DNA of 24,586 bases, taken from the IMG/VR virus record IMGVR_UViG_3300049200_000008, positions 1 to 24,586 of that record; one strand, 5' to 3'. This DNA is from a virus (taxonomy: Duplodnaviria > Caudoviricetes). Below the pieces are notes generated by a model. That model was given only the letters and a program-made list of their open reading frames with translations. It did not search any database and was not told the origin of the DNA. The position numbers and the translations under genes were made by a program. Of the stretch, positions 1 through 8,338 are shown in pieces. Numbering within the stretch: position 1 is the stretch's first letter; each line of letters opens with the position of its first letter.

Positions 1-50
1 AATCATGGGCGTATCTTTCGCATCTACAACTTAATTCCGTCAAGATGCAC

Positions 51-135
51 GACGCGGCCGGTTCCCAAGGGGAGCCAGCGGCGTCCCCGGAAGGATCGAA
101 GCCCCGCCCCGAAAGGTCGCGGGGCTTCGTCGTTT
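51..135 (+). promoter_or_regulatory. Two tandem hairpins in the leader; the second is terminator-like
   Basis: GACGC..GGTTCCC-AAG-GGGAGCC..GCGTC (51-85); CGAAGCCCCGC..GAAA..GCGGGGCTTCG (97-129) followed by TCGTTT. Confidence 0.6.
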
Positions 136-161
136 ACGCACCACACATCGTGAGGCCAGCC

Positions 162-320
162 ATGACGCAGACGACCAAGCCGACCAAGGAACAGGTCCGC
201 GAGCTCATGGAGCGCCGCACGCACGAGGAGAGCCCACCGCCCACGCCGGAAGAGATCCGCCGCGAGCTGGGCTGGCACCTGATCCAGAGCAACGGGCCGG
301 TGCAGGAGGTGCCCGAGTAA
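162..320 (+). CDS. Small phage hypothetical protein (52 aa, MTQTTKPTKEQVRELMERR...)
   Basis: GAGG at 152-155 before ATG 162; the longer start at 45 runs through the hairpins. Confidence 0.7.
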   Translation: MTQTTKPTKEQVRELMERRTHEESPPPTPEEIRRELGWHLIQSNGPVQEVPE

Positions 321-392
321 CTGATTCCCGTCTCCTTCATCGCCACAAGCGATGAGGTTGCCCTGCCAGTGCGAACTGAGTGGGGCTTTTTT
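321..392 (+). ncRNA. Candidate small RNA: anti-SD motif GTCTCCTT, hairpin, terminator
   Basis: GTCTCCTT at 330-337; stem CTTCATCGC/GCGATGAGG (335-357); terminator at 360-392. Layout recalls the Betaproteobacteria toxic sRNA family. Confidence 0.4.
360..392 (+). terminator. Intrinsic terminator
   Basis: GCCCTGCCAGT-GCGA-ACTG(A)GTGGGGC stem with two G-U pairs, then TTTTTT. Confidence 0.75.
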
Positions 393-432
393 ATTTCAGG
401 CGCAGCAACCCGAAAGGGACTGCGAAATTTCC

Positions 433-750
433 ATGACCCAAGAAGCTAAAGCCAAGTTCGGCGGCGCGCAGAAGAATGCCGGCCGCCCCAAGGGCGTCAA
501 GAACAAGCGAACTCTAGAGCTGCAGGAGGCCGTGGCCACCTCGGGCATCACGCCGCTGGAATTCATGCTCAAGCGGATGCGCGAACCTTGCCCGCCCGGG
601 TATGACCTGGCCAGGCAGGCGGCGCACGAGGAGCGGCAATTCGCGGCCGCAGTTGCCGCAGCGCCGTATGTGCACGCGAAGTTGTCGGCTGTGCAGGTCA
701 GCGGAGGCCTGAAGCTGAACCATGAGTCCGCGCTCGATGAGCTTGAGTGA
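433..750 (+). CDS. terS: Terminase small subunit (105 aa)
   Basis: Basic GG..AGRPKGVKNK N-terminus, TPLEFML and AAAPYVHAKL segments; overlaps the terL start. Confidence 0.75.
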   Translation: MTQEAKAKFGGAQKNAGRPKGVKNKRTLELQEAVATSGITPLEFMLKRMREPCPPGYDLARQAAHEERQFAAAVAAAPYVHAKLSAVQVSGGLKLNHESALDELE

Positions 751-2252
751 GAGAGAGAAGTCAATACGGCGGCGCCTGCGGGACGACTTCCTGCACTACG
801 CGCCACGCTGCCTGAAGATCAGGACGAAGAAGGGGGCAATCGTACCGTTCGTGATGAACGAGGCCCAGCTGCTGATTCACGCGAAGGTCGAGGAGCAGCG
901 CGCAGCCACCGGCCGCGTGCGCGCGATCATCCTCAAGGGCCGGCAGCAGGGATGTTCCACCTACGTCGAGGGACGCCTTTACTGGCGCGTCTCCCACAGC
1001 AAGGGCGTGCGTGCCTTCATCCTGACGCACGAAGAGGAGGCCAGCAACAACTTGTTCGAGCTGGCCGACCGGTATCACGAGCACTGCCCCACCCTGGTCA
1101 AGCCCAGCACCAGCGCGTCAAACGCGAAAGAGCTGTTCTTCGATCGGCTGGACTCGGGCTACAAGGTGGGCACCGCTGGCAACAAGGCCGTGGGCCGCAG
1201 CTCGACGGTGCAGTTGTTCCACGGGTCGGAGGTGGCGTTTTGGCCGAACGCACAGCAGCATGCCGCTGGGGTGATGCAGGCGATCCCAGATGAGCCCGAC
1301 ACCGAGGCTGGAATCGACTGCCAACGGCCTGGGCAACTACTTTCACAAGCAGTGGCAGGCCGCCGAGTCTGGCCAGTCCGAGTATATCGCCATCTTCATC
1401 GCTTGGTTCATGCAGTCGGAGTACCGCAAGCCGGTGCCGGCAGGCTTCGAGCTGGACGACGAGGAGCGCGAGTACCAGGCGGCCTACAACCTGGACTTGG
1501 AACAGATGGTCTGGCGGCGCGCCAAGATCATCGAGCTGGAGGACCCGATCTTGTTCAAGCAGGAGTACCCGGCCACGGCCGCCGAAGCGTTCCAGGTTGC
1601 CGGCCTCGATCCATACGTGAAGCCGGCAACGATTCTGGCAGCACGCAAGGCGACAGCTGAAGGCGTGGGCCCGCGTCACCTGGGCGTCGACCCGGCGCGC
1701 TTTGGTGATGATCGCACCTCCCTGTGCCTGCGCCAGGGCCGCCGGGCCCACTGGATCCGCAGCTACTCCAAGAAGGACACGATGCAGGTCGTCGGCATCG
1801 TGAAGATGGCGATCGACGAGCTGCAACTGAACGCCAGTCATGGCGATCGCGTGTTCATCGACGTTGGCGGCCTGGGCGCCGGTGTCTATGACCGCCTGCT
1901 CGAGCTGGTCGACCGCAAGCTGCTCGTGGCTGTGAACAGCGCGGAATCGCCGCTGGACGCCGTGAAGTACAAAAACAAGCGCGCCGAGATGTGGGGCGAG
2001 ACCAACGAATGGCTGAAGAATCAGCCCGCGCAGGTGCCAGACAGCGACGAGCTGCACGCCGACCTGACCCAGATCCGCTACAGCTACGACAGCAACGGCG
2101 CCCTGGTCATGGAAAGCAAGAAGGACATGAAAAAGCGCGGGCTCCGCTCACCGGATACCGCAGACGCCCTGGGCCTGACGTTTGCGCGGCCGCCGGCACC
2201 CAACAAGAAAACCGAGAAGAAGCGCCCCACCGGTGGCGGCTGGATGGGATAA
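737..2252 (+). pseudogene. terL: Terminase large subunit with a frameshift at about 1307 (real lesion or sequence error)
   Basis: First frame: Walker A ILKGRQQGCST and Walker B FHGSEVAFW up to PDTE (1306). Second frame resumes at 1308 with LESTANG and carries nuclease motifs GVDPARFGDD, FIDVGG, SPDTADAL. Confidence 0.9.
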
Positions 2253-2258
2253 GGACAT

Positions 2259-4577
2259 ATGGACTACGACACCACTACCGAAGCGACCGAGAGCAAGGCG
2301 ACGGGCAAGGCCAAGTGGCCCGAAATCCATAAGGAGGCGCTTGAGGACTTCCGCCTGTGCCAGGATGCCGAGGACCACAACCGCAAGGAGGCGCTCGATG
2401 ACCTGAAGTTCTCGCGCCTGAGCCAGCAGTGGCACCCCGAGGACGAAGAGGCCCGCAAGCTTGAGCGCCGCCCGTGTATGACCATCAATAAGATGCCGGC
2501 ATTCATTCGCCAGGTCGTCAACGATGGCCGCCAGAACAAGCCCGCCATCAAGGTCCACCCTGCGGACGACAAGGCCGACCCGAAGACCGCAGACGTGATC
2601 AACGGCTTGATCCGCAACATCGAGTACACATCGAAAGCGGACGTAGCCTACGACACCGGCCTGGACTTTGCCGCTTCCTGCGGCATCGGCTACTGGGGTG
2701 TCGACATGGAATACAGCCATGACGACAGCTTCGAAATGGACCTGGTCATTCGTCGCAAGCCGAACCCGTTCGCGATCTACGGCGACTATGCCGCCACCTG
2801 CGCCGACTCGTCCGAGTGGAACCTGGCCTTTGAGGTTGACAAGATCGAGTGCGCCGTCTTCGAAAAGAAGTACAAGAAGGCTGAAAAGGTTGACTGGGAC
2901 AGCGATGCCTACGAGAACATGCCCGAGGCGTGGCGCGAAGGTAAAAGCATCATGGTGGCGTCGTACTGGCGCCGGCGTGAGATCGAGAAGACTATCTGCC
3001 TGCTCTCCGATGGGCGCGTGGTGCGCGATGAATGGCTGACCGAGGAAGTGCCAGACATGCCCGGCATCACGAACCAGGCTGTACTCGACGCTGAGCGGGT
3101 GACCGTGGTCAACACGCGCATGACCACCACGTACGAGGTGACGCAGTACATCATGAACGGCGTCGAAATCCTTGAGGAAAAAAAGTGGGCAGGGCGCTAT
3201 ATCCCCATCGTCCCCGTTTATGGCGAAGAGCTGAACGTCGAAGGCAAGCGCTATTTCCGCTCCCTGATCCGCGATGCGAAGGACGCGCAACGCAATTTCA
3301 ACTACTGGCGCACGACATGTACCGAGCTCGTGGCGCTGGCCCCGAAAGCACCTTTCGTGGGCCCTACCGGGTCGTTTGATACCGACGCGGACAAATGGGC
3401 AACCGCGAACACCAAGTCGCACCCGTTCATCGAATACGACCCAGTCGAAGGTCAACTGCCACCGCAGCGCCAGCCATTCGCCGGCGTGCCGGCCGGTGCG
3501 CTGCAGGAGGCCCTGAACGCGTCGGACGACATGAAGGCGGTGATCGGCATCTACGATGCCTCTCTGGGCGCGCGCAGCAATGAAACCTCGGGCCGCGCCA
3601 TCAACGCCCGCAAGGTCGAGAGCGACACCGGGACGTTCCACTTCATCGACAACCAGGCGCGCGCGATCCGCCATACCGGCGTGATCCTGATTGACCTGAT
3701 CCCGCACGTGTACAACAAGGCTCGCATCATCCGCGTGATGGGGGTGGACAAGAAGCCGCAAAACATCCCTGTGAACCAGCCATTGCAGGGCCAGGCCGGC
3801 CAGGGCGAGGATGGCGACGCGCAGATTTATGACCTCACCGTCGGCAAGTACGACCTGACCGTTGATACCGGCCCGGGCTTCCAAACGAAGCGCGAGGAAG
3901 CGGCCTATGGCATGACCGAGCTGATGCGCGCCTTCCCGCCGTCCGCCGCCGTGATCGGCCCGCACCTGGCCAAGGCGCAGGACTGGCCGGGTGCCGAAGA
4001 GATTGGCGACGAGCTGGCCGCTCTGGCGCCGGGTGCAAACGGGCAGAATCCGGCTGTGATGCAGGCCCAGCAGCAGATTGGCCAGCTCACGGAGCAGCTG
4101 CAGCAGGTGCAGCAGCAGTTCCAAGGCCTGCAGCAGGATCGCCAACTGGAAGCGCAAAAACTGCAGGTCGACATGTTCAACGCCCAAACGAATCGAATGA
4201 AGGCGCAGGGCGACATGAACCAGCCAGAGCCAGGCCTGCCGGCCGAAACGCTGTCCGAAGCGGCCAAGATTCAACTGGAAGGCAAGATCAAGGCCGAACT
4301 GTTGGCCATTCAGATCGAGGGCAACAAGCAGCTCGAAATCCTGAAGCAGCAAGGCGCGCCGCAGGACCCAGCCGCTCAGCAGCAGGCCGCCAACTACAGC
4401 GCGATGCTCGAGCAGCTCATGGGCCAGATGGCCGGCCTGCACAAGATGATCGCCGCGCCGCGCGTGCGCACCCTGGTGCGTGACCCGGCATCTGGCCGTG
4501 CCACGCATGCGCTGGATGAAATCCATTTGCCAGAGGAAGAGGCGCCAGCTGAGCCAATGCCAGGGGAACCAGCATGA
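2259..4577 (+). CDS. P22-like portal protein (772 aa)
   Basis: RPCMTINK, YIPIVPVYG, RDAKDAQRNFNYW, SNETSGRAINAR, GKYDLTVDTGP motifs; Gln-rich coiled-coil C-terminus; AAGGA RBS; follows terL. Confidence 0.93.
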   Translation: MDYDTTTEATESKATGKAKWPEIHKEALEDFRLCQDAEDHNRKEALDDLKFSRLSQQWHPEDEEARKLERRPCMTINKMPAFIRQVVNDGRQNKPAIKVHPADDKADPKTADVINGLIRNIEYTSKADVAYDTGLDFAASCGIGYWGVDMEYSHDDSFEMDLVIRRKPNPFAIYGDYAATCADSSEWNLAFEVDKIECAVFEKKYKKAEKVDWDSDAYENMPEAWREGKSIMVASYWRRREIEKTICLLSDGRVVRDEWLTEEVPDMPGITNQAVLDAERVTVVNTRMTTTYEVTQYIMNGVEILEEKKWAGRYIPIVPVYGEELNVEGKRYFRSLIRDAKDAQRNFNYWRTTCTELVALAPKAPFVGPTGSFDTDADKWATANTKSHPFIEYDPVEGQLPPQRQPFAGVPAGALQEALNASDDMKAVIGIYDASLGARSNETSGRAINARKVESDTGTFHFIDNQARAIRHTGVILIDLIPHVYNKARIIRVMGVDKKPQNIPVNQPLQGQAGQGEDGDAQIYDLTVGKYDLTVDTGPGFQTKREEAAYGMTELMRAFPPSAAVIGPHLAKAQDWPGAEEIGDELAALAPGANGQNPAVMQAQQQIGQLTEQLQQVQQQFQGLQQDRQLEAQKLQVDMFNAQTNRMKAQGDMNQPEPGLPAETLSEAAKIQLEGKIKAELLAIQIEGNKQLEILKQQGAPQDPAAQQQAANYSAMLEQLMGQMAGLHKMIAAPRVRTLVRDPASGRATHALDEIHLPEEEAPAEPMPGEPA

Positions 4578-4813
4578 CCGCAATCACCATCAAAGTTGTC
4601 GGCCTATGCGCTGGCGGGGACCATGCGACGGTTCGTTTAACGAAGGGCGGGCAAGAGCGCGATGTTCAAATGCTGGTGCAGGAGCTTCGCACGCCAATCA
4701 CCGCAGATGACGTTGACGCCTTCTGCAAAGTTGCCTTGAAACTGCTAAGCGAAGGCAAGACGCTGGCGCAGTTTAAGGCCGCGGCTCAAGCCGGGTTCAC
4801 GGTGACCGTATGA
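4574..4813 (+). CDS. Hypothetical protein (79 aa, CAGGDH motif)
   Basis: ATGA overlaps with the portal and with the next gene; GGGGA RBS. Confidence 0.75.
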   Translation: MTAITIKVVGLCAGGDHATVRLTKGGQERDVQMLVQELRTPITADDVDAFCKVALKLLSEGKTLAQFKAAAQAGFTVTV

Positions 4814-5937
4814 CGGTTCAAACCATTCCCGGGCTCGGCGTTCTTTTCCCGCAGGTCCCCTACTACGTGTCGTCCAGTTGGTCGTTCGCGTCCCAGTTGA
4901 TGGATGCTTCGACAGAGAAAGTCGCCATGATCGGCTTGGTTGACACCAAGGATCACGCGGCAAAAAGTATTCGGAAGGTCGGATTTCGCACGGGTACGGT
5001 TAGCCTGGACGCGGCAAGCGCAATACAGATTTCCATTCAGAGCGTATCAACCGCGTCTGGACCGCCAATGCAGCCGACGGGAACGATTCTCGGGGCAACG
5101 AACAATGGCCTTGTTTCCGATGCTGCGGCCACATTCAGCTCGAATGCGTGGCACCAAACGGGGGCGCTCACCGAAGACGTGAGTGTCAGTCCTGGGGACC
5201 TGATTGCTGTTGTGATCGAATACGGTACGTTCACGGCTGCCGATGCAATAAACATCACCCATCTGAACAGCCCTTCTCAGCAGCACAGAAGCCAAGCGTG
5301 CCTGTACACCGGCACATGGGCTGCTGCTGCGGTTTTGCCGAATGTGCTACTTGAATTTAGCGATGGCTCTTTTGGCACTTTGAGCGGGGCTTTCCCCGTT
5401 TCAGCCGTATCGACTCAATCTTATGCCTCGAATACTGGTGGCGCCGATGAATATGCGCTTGAGTTCTCGTTTCCGTTCCCTGTTCAAGTGGACGGGGCAA
5501 TGGTGTCGTTCTCGTCCAGTGCTACCGGAGCTGATGCAGATATTGTTTTGTACGACGGGACAACGGCGCTCGAAACCGTATCCATAGACGGCAATACGGT
5601 CGCATCAACAGGCGGAACGCGACCTACTTTTGTTCCCTTCACGCAAACGCAGTCATTGACTGCGAACACGACCTATCGGGTTGCGCTCAAGCCGACGACA
5701 ACGACGAGCATTGCACTGCAATACCTCGATGTCAGTGCGGCCGGCCATCTGCAAGCGCACTCGATGGGCGAGGACTGGACTATTTGCTCACGACTTGACG
5801 CTGGAGCATGGGCCGCTGGCACCACAACCCGCCGTCCCTTGATTTTTGTTCGGGTATGCGGCTTCGATGATGCTGCTGGCGGTGCCGGTGGCGGGCTTAT
5901 TCGGCACCCTGGAATGAATGGAGGCCTGAATGGCTAA
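4810..5937 (+). CDS. Beta-rich Ser/Thr/Ala protein (375 aa), putative virion appendage or receptor-binding module
   Basis: Long coupled ORF; ends in Gly linker plus IRHPGMNGGLNG; more A/T-ending codons than flanking genes. Function inferred. Confidence 0.7.
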   Translation: MTVQTIPGLGVLFPQVPYYVSSSWSFASQLMDASTEKVAMIGLVDTKDHAAKSIRKVGFRTGTVSLDAASAIQISIQSVSTASGPPMQPTGTILGATNNGLVSDAAATFSSNAWHQTGALTEDVSVSPGDLIAVVIEYGTFTAADAINITHLNSPSQQHRSQACLYTGTWAAAAVLPNVLLEFSDGSFGTLSGAFPVSAVSTQSYASNTGGADEYALEFSFPFPVQVDGAMVSFSSSATGADADIVLYDGTTALETVSIDGNTVASTGGTRPTFVPFTQTQSLTANTTYRVALKPTTTTSIALQYLDVSAAGHLQAHSMGEDWTICSRLDAGAWAAGTTTRRPLIFVRVCGFDDAAGGAGGGLIRHPGMNGGLNG

Positions 5938-6928
5938 GCAACAGATCAAGGTGGGCTTCACCGACTACAGCACCTTGGTGTTCATCCCCGACCCAGCCAG
6001 CACGGACGGCAGCGGGAAAACAGGCTTGGTGGCCGCAAACCTGACCGTATCCGGCGTGCGCGTCGAGACTGACAACGATGTGACCGTGACCGACTACACC
6101 TCGTCGTTGAACGACTTGGCTGCGCTGACGACCGCCCACACCGATTGGGGGCTGAAGGAAGTGAGCAGCACCCTGGCGCCCGGCCTGTACCGTCTAGACA
6201 TTGCCGACGCCATCTTTGCCGCTGGCGCCTGGTCGGCTGTCGTCTACGTGATGATCACGACCAGCGCGGCGGCGGCGTCCCCGATGGAATTCACGCTGGT
6301 AGCCTACGACATCAACGACGGCGTACGCTTGGGCCTGACCGCCCTGCCGAACGCTGCTGCTGATGCCGCCGGCGGCCTGATCATCAGCGATGCCGGCGGC
6401 TTGGATGCTGACGCCCAGCGCGCCGATGTGGCCGCGATCTTGGTGGACACCGGCACGACATTGGAGGCGCGCATTCCTGCCGCCCTGGTGTCCGGCCGCA
6501 TGGACTGCAGCGTGGGCGCCATGGCCGCGAACGTGCAGACCGCCGCCTCCACGGCTGCGGATTATGTGACCGAGTTGCAATCCGGCCTGGCCACCGATGC
6601 GCTGCTGACGACCGTTGCGGGTTACCTCGACACGGAAATCGCAGCCATCAAGGCCAAGACGGACAACCTGCCCGCCTCGCCGGCGGCAACAGGCGCCCAG
6701 ATGGCGCTGACGGCAGCCGCGGTCGATGCGATTCTCGATGAGGTTGTGGAAGGCGCTACGACGCTGCGCGAAATGCTTCGGGGGTTCACCTCTGCGCTGT
6801 TGTGCAAAGCCAGCGGCCTGGCCACCACCACGGCTGTCTACCGCGACATCGGCGACACCAAGGACCGGATTACGGCCACCGTGGACGCCGACGGCAACCG
6901 AACCGCTGTAACGCTCGACCTGACCTGA
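5930..6928 (+). CDS. Putative fibre-like structural protein (332 aa)
   Basis: Beta-type N-terminus (PGLYRLDIAD), Ala-rich stalk (IAAIKAKTDNLP), C-terminal RITATVDADGNRTAV; GGAGG RBS. Function inferred. Confidence 0.7.
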   Translation: MAKQQIKVGFTDYSTLVFIPDPASTDGSGKTGLVAANLTVSGVRVETDNDVTVTDYTSSLNDLAALTTAHTDWGLKEVSSTLAPGLYRLDIADAIFAAGAWSAVVYVMITTSAAAASPMEFTLVAYDINDGVRLGLTALPNAAADAAGGLIISDAGGLDADAQRADVAAILVDTGTTLEARIPAALVSGRMDCSVGAMAANVQTAASTAADYVTELQSGLATDALLTTVAGYLDTEIAAIKAKTDNLPASPAATGAQMALTAAAVDAILDEVVEGATTLREMLRGFTSALLCKASGLATTTAVYRDIGDTKDRITATVDADGNRTAVTLDLT

Positions 6929-6930
6929 CC

Positions 6931-7371
6931 ATGTTCGGGCATCGGTACTTCGGCGCGCGCTACTTCGGGCCGCGTTACTTTGGCGATGGTGGCGACGAAG
7001 CTCCAGTGCCGCCGCCAGTCGTCGCGGAAACGTACAGCGGTGGATTTTACGAGGTTCCGCATGTGCCACGGCGCCGGTCCGTGCGCGAAGAGCGCGAGCG
7101 GCTGGGAATTATCCCGCGCCAGGTCAAGCAGATTGCCCAGGCAGTGGCCAGGGCCTCGGTGGTTGCAGACAAGACCGACGACCAGGCGCAGCGCCAGCTC
7201 GAACAGCGCCTTGCTCAGAAGGCAATCGAGGCCAAGGCGCGGTACGTCCAGTTCATGAAGCAGGAGCGAGACCGCATCCTGTCGCGGGACATTGAGCGCG
7301 CTATTCGCATTCGTCAGCGCCAGTACGAGCTGGACGAAGACGACCGAGAAGCGGAAATGCTTTTGATGTAA
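6931..7371 (+). CDS. Hypothetical protein (146 aa) with three RYFG repeats and an acidic-hydrophobic C-terminus
   Basis: ATG 2 nt after the upstream TGA; MFGHRYFGARYFGPRYFG, Pro linker, charged helix, DEDDREAEMLLM. Confidence 0.75.
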   Translation: MFGHRYFGARYFGPRYFGDGGDEAPVPPPVVAETYSGGFYEVPHVPRRRSVREERERLGIIPRQVKQIAQAVARASVVADKTDDQAQRQLEQRLAQKAIEAKARYVQFMKQERDRILSRDIERAIRIRQRQYELDEDDREAEMLLM

Positions 7372-7390
7372 CGACCGATTCACCCAACTG

Positions 7391-7419
7391 AACCGCCCCT
7401 TGCCCGGGCGGTTTTTTTT
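7391..7419 (+). terminator. Intrinsic terminator
   Basis: AACCGCCC-7 nt loop-GGGCGGTT running into T8. Confidence 0.85.
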
Positions 7420-7444
7420 CGTCCGTACCAACAGGAGCAATCGA

Positions 7445-8329
7445 ATGTTCGACCAAATGGAACAACCGGCGGCAGCGTCGGATTCCGAAGCCGCAGGAAG
7501 TACTGCCGCCGAGGATAGCAAGAGCTTGGCAGAGCAGGTAGCTGAAGACGACGCCCAAAACCTCAATCCTGACTCGCAAGAGCAACAGGAGGAAGAGGAC
7601 GAGGAAATCGAAATTGGCGACAAGAAGGTAGCTCTTCCCAAAAGCTTGGCAGCTGAGCTCAACAAGGAGCGGATGCTGAACAAGGACTACACGCAGAAAA
7701 CACAGGTAGTCGCAGAAGAGCGCCGCCAGGTGGCCGCCGAGCGCGAGCAGGTGCAGCGCCAGGCGAAAGAGCAGCAGCAGTACGTGCAGGAAATGGCCGC
7801 AGTCGTCGCTATCGATCAGCAGTTGGCGGGTTACAACGCGCTCGACTGGGATGCCCTGATCGAGCGCGACCCGGTGCAGGCCATGCAGTTGCAGCAGCAG
7901 CAAAGGGCGCTCGAAGGCCAGCGCCAAACAGCAGTAGACAGCCTCACGCAGAAACAGCAGCAGTTTGCACTGGATAAGCAGCGTTCATTCGCCAAGCAAG
8001 TCCAGGACGCGGACGACTACATGAAGCGTGAAATTCAGGGCTTTACGCAGGCTCGCAGCGACGAGCTGGCGAAGTACGCGACCTCGCAGGGCATGTCGGC
8101 AGAAGGCATGGCAAAGGCAGTCATCAAAAACCCGGTGATTGCCAAGTTCATGCACAAGGCCGAGCTCTACGACAAGTTGATCAGCAAGCAAGCCCAAAAA
8201 CCACCCCCTGTAGCCGAAGCGAAGCCAGCTATTCGCGTCGGGTCGAATGCGTCGGTCAAAAAAGACCCGACCAAGATGACCGACGCCGAATTTGCTGCCT
8301 ATCGCAAAACCGTATCCAAACGCAAATAG
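7445..8329 (+). CDS. Scaffolding protein (294 aa)
   Basis: AGGAG RBS; acidic N-terminus, DYTQKTQ motif, coiled coil, basic C-terminus; directly before the coat gene. Confidence 0.85.
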   Translation: MFDQMEQPAAASDSEAAGSTAAEDSKSLAEQVAEDDAQNLNPDSQEQQEEEDEEIEIGDKKVALPKSLAAELNKERMLNKDYTQKTQVVAEERRQVAAEREQVQRQAKEQQQYVQEMAAVVAIDQQLAGYNALDWDALIERDPVQAMQLQQQQRALEGQRQTAVDSLTQKQQQFALDKQRSFAKQVQDADDYMKREIQGFTQARSDELAKYATSQGMSAEGMAKAVIKNPVIAKFMHKAELYDKLISKQAQKPPPVAEAKPAIRVGSNASVKKDPTKMTDAEFAAYRKTVSKRK

Positions 8330-8338
8330 GAGCATTAA

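Noticed and set aside
1307-1660. C-terminal part of the 722-1660 ORF as real protein, or a natural two-gene terminase
   Set aside because: It is out-of-frame sequence after the lesion; the break lies inside the ATPase domain and ATG 1290 has only a weak SD
2148-4583. 811-aa minus-strand ORF, and similar long ones at 7985-9526, 17234-18625 and 18893-19969
   Set aside because: Antisense shadows of high-GC3 phage genes, with no recognisable motifs
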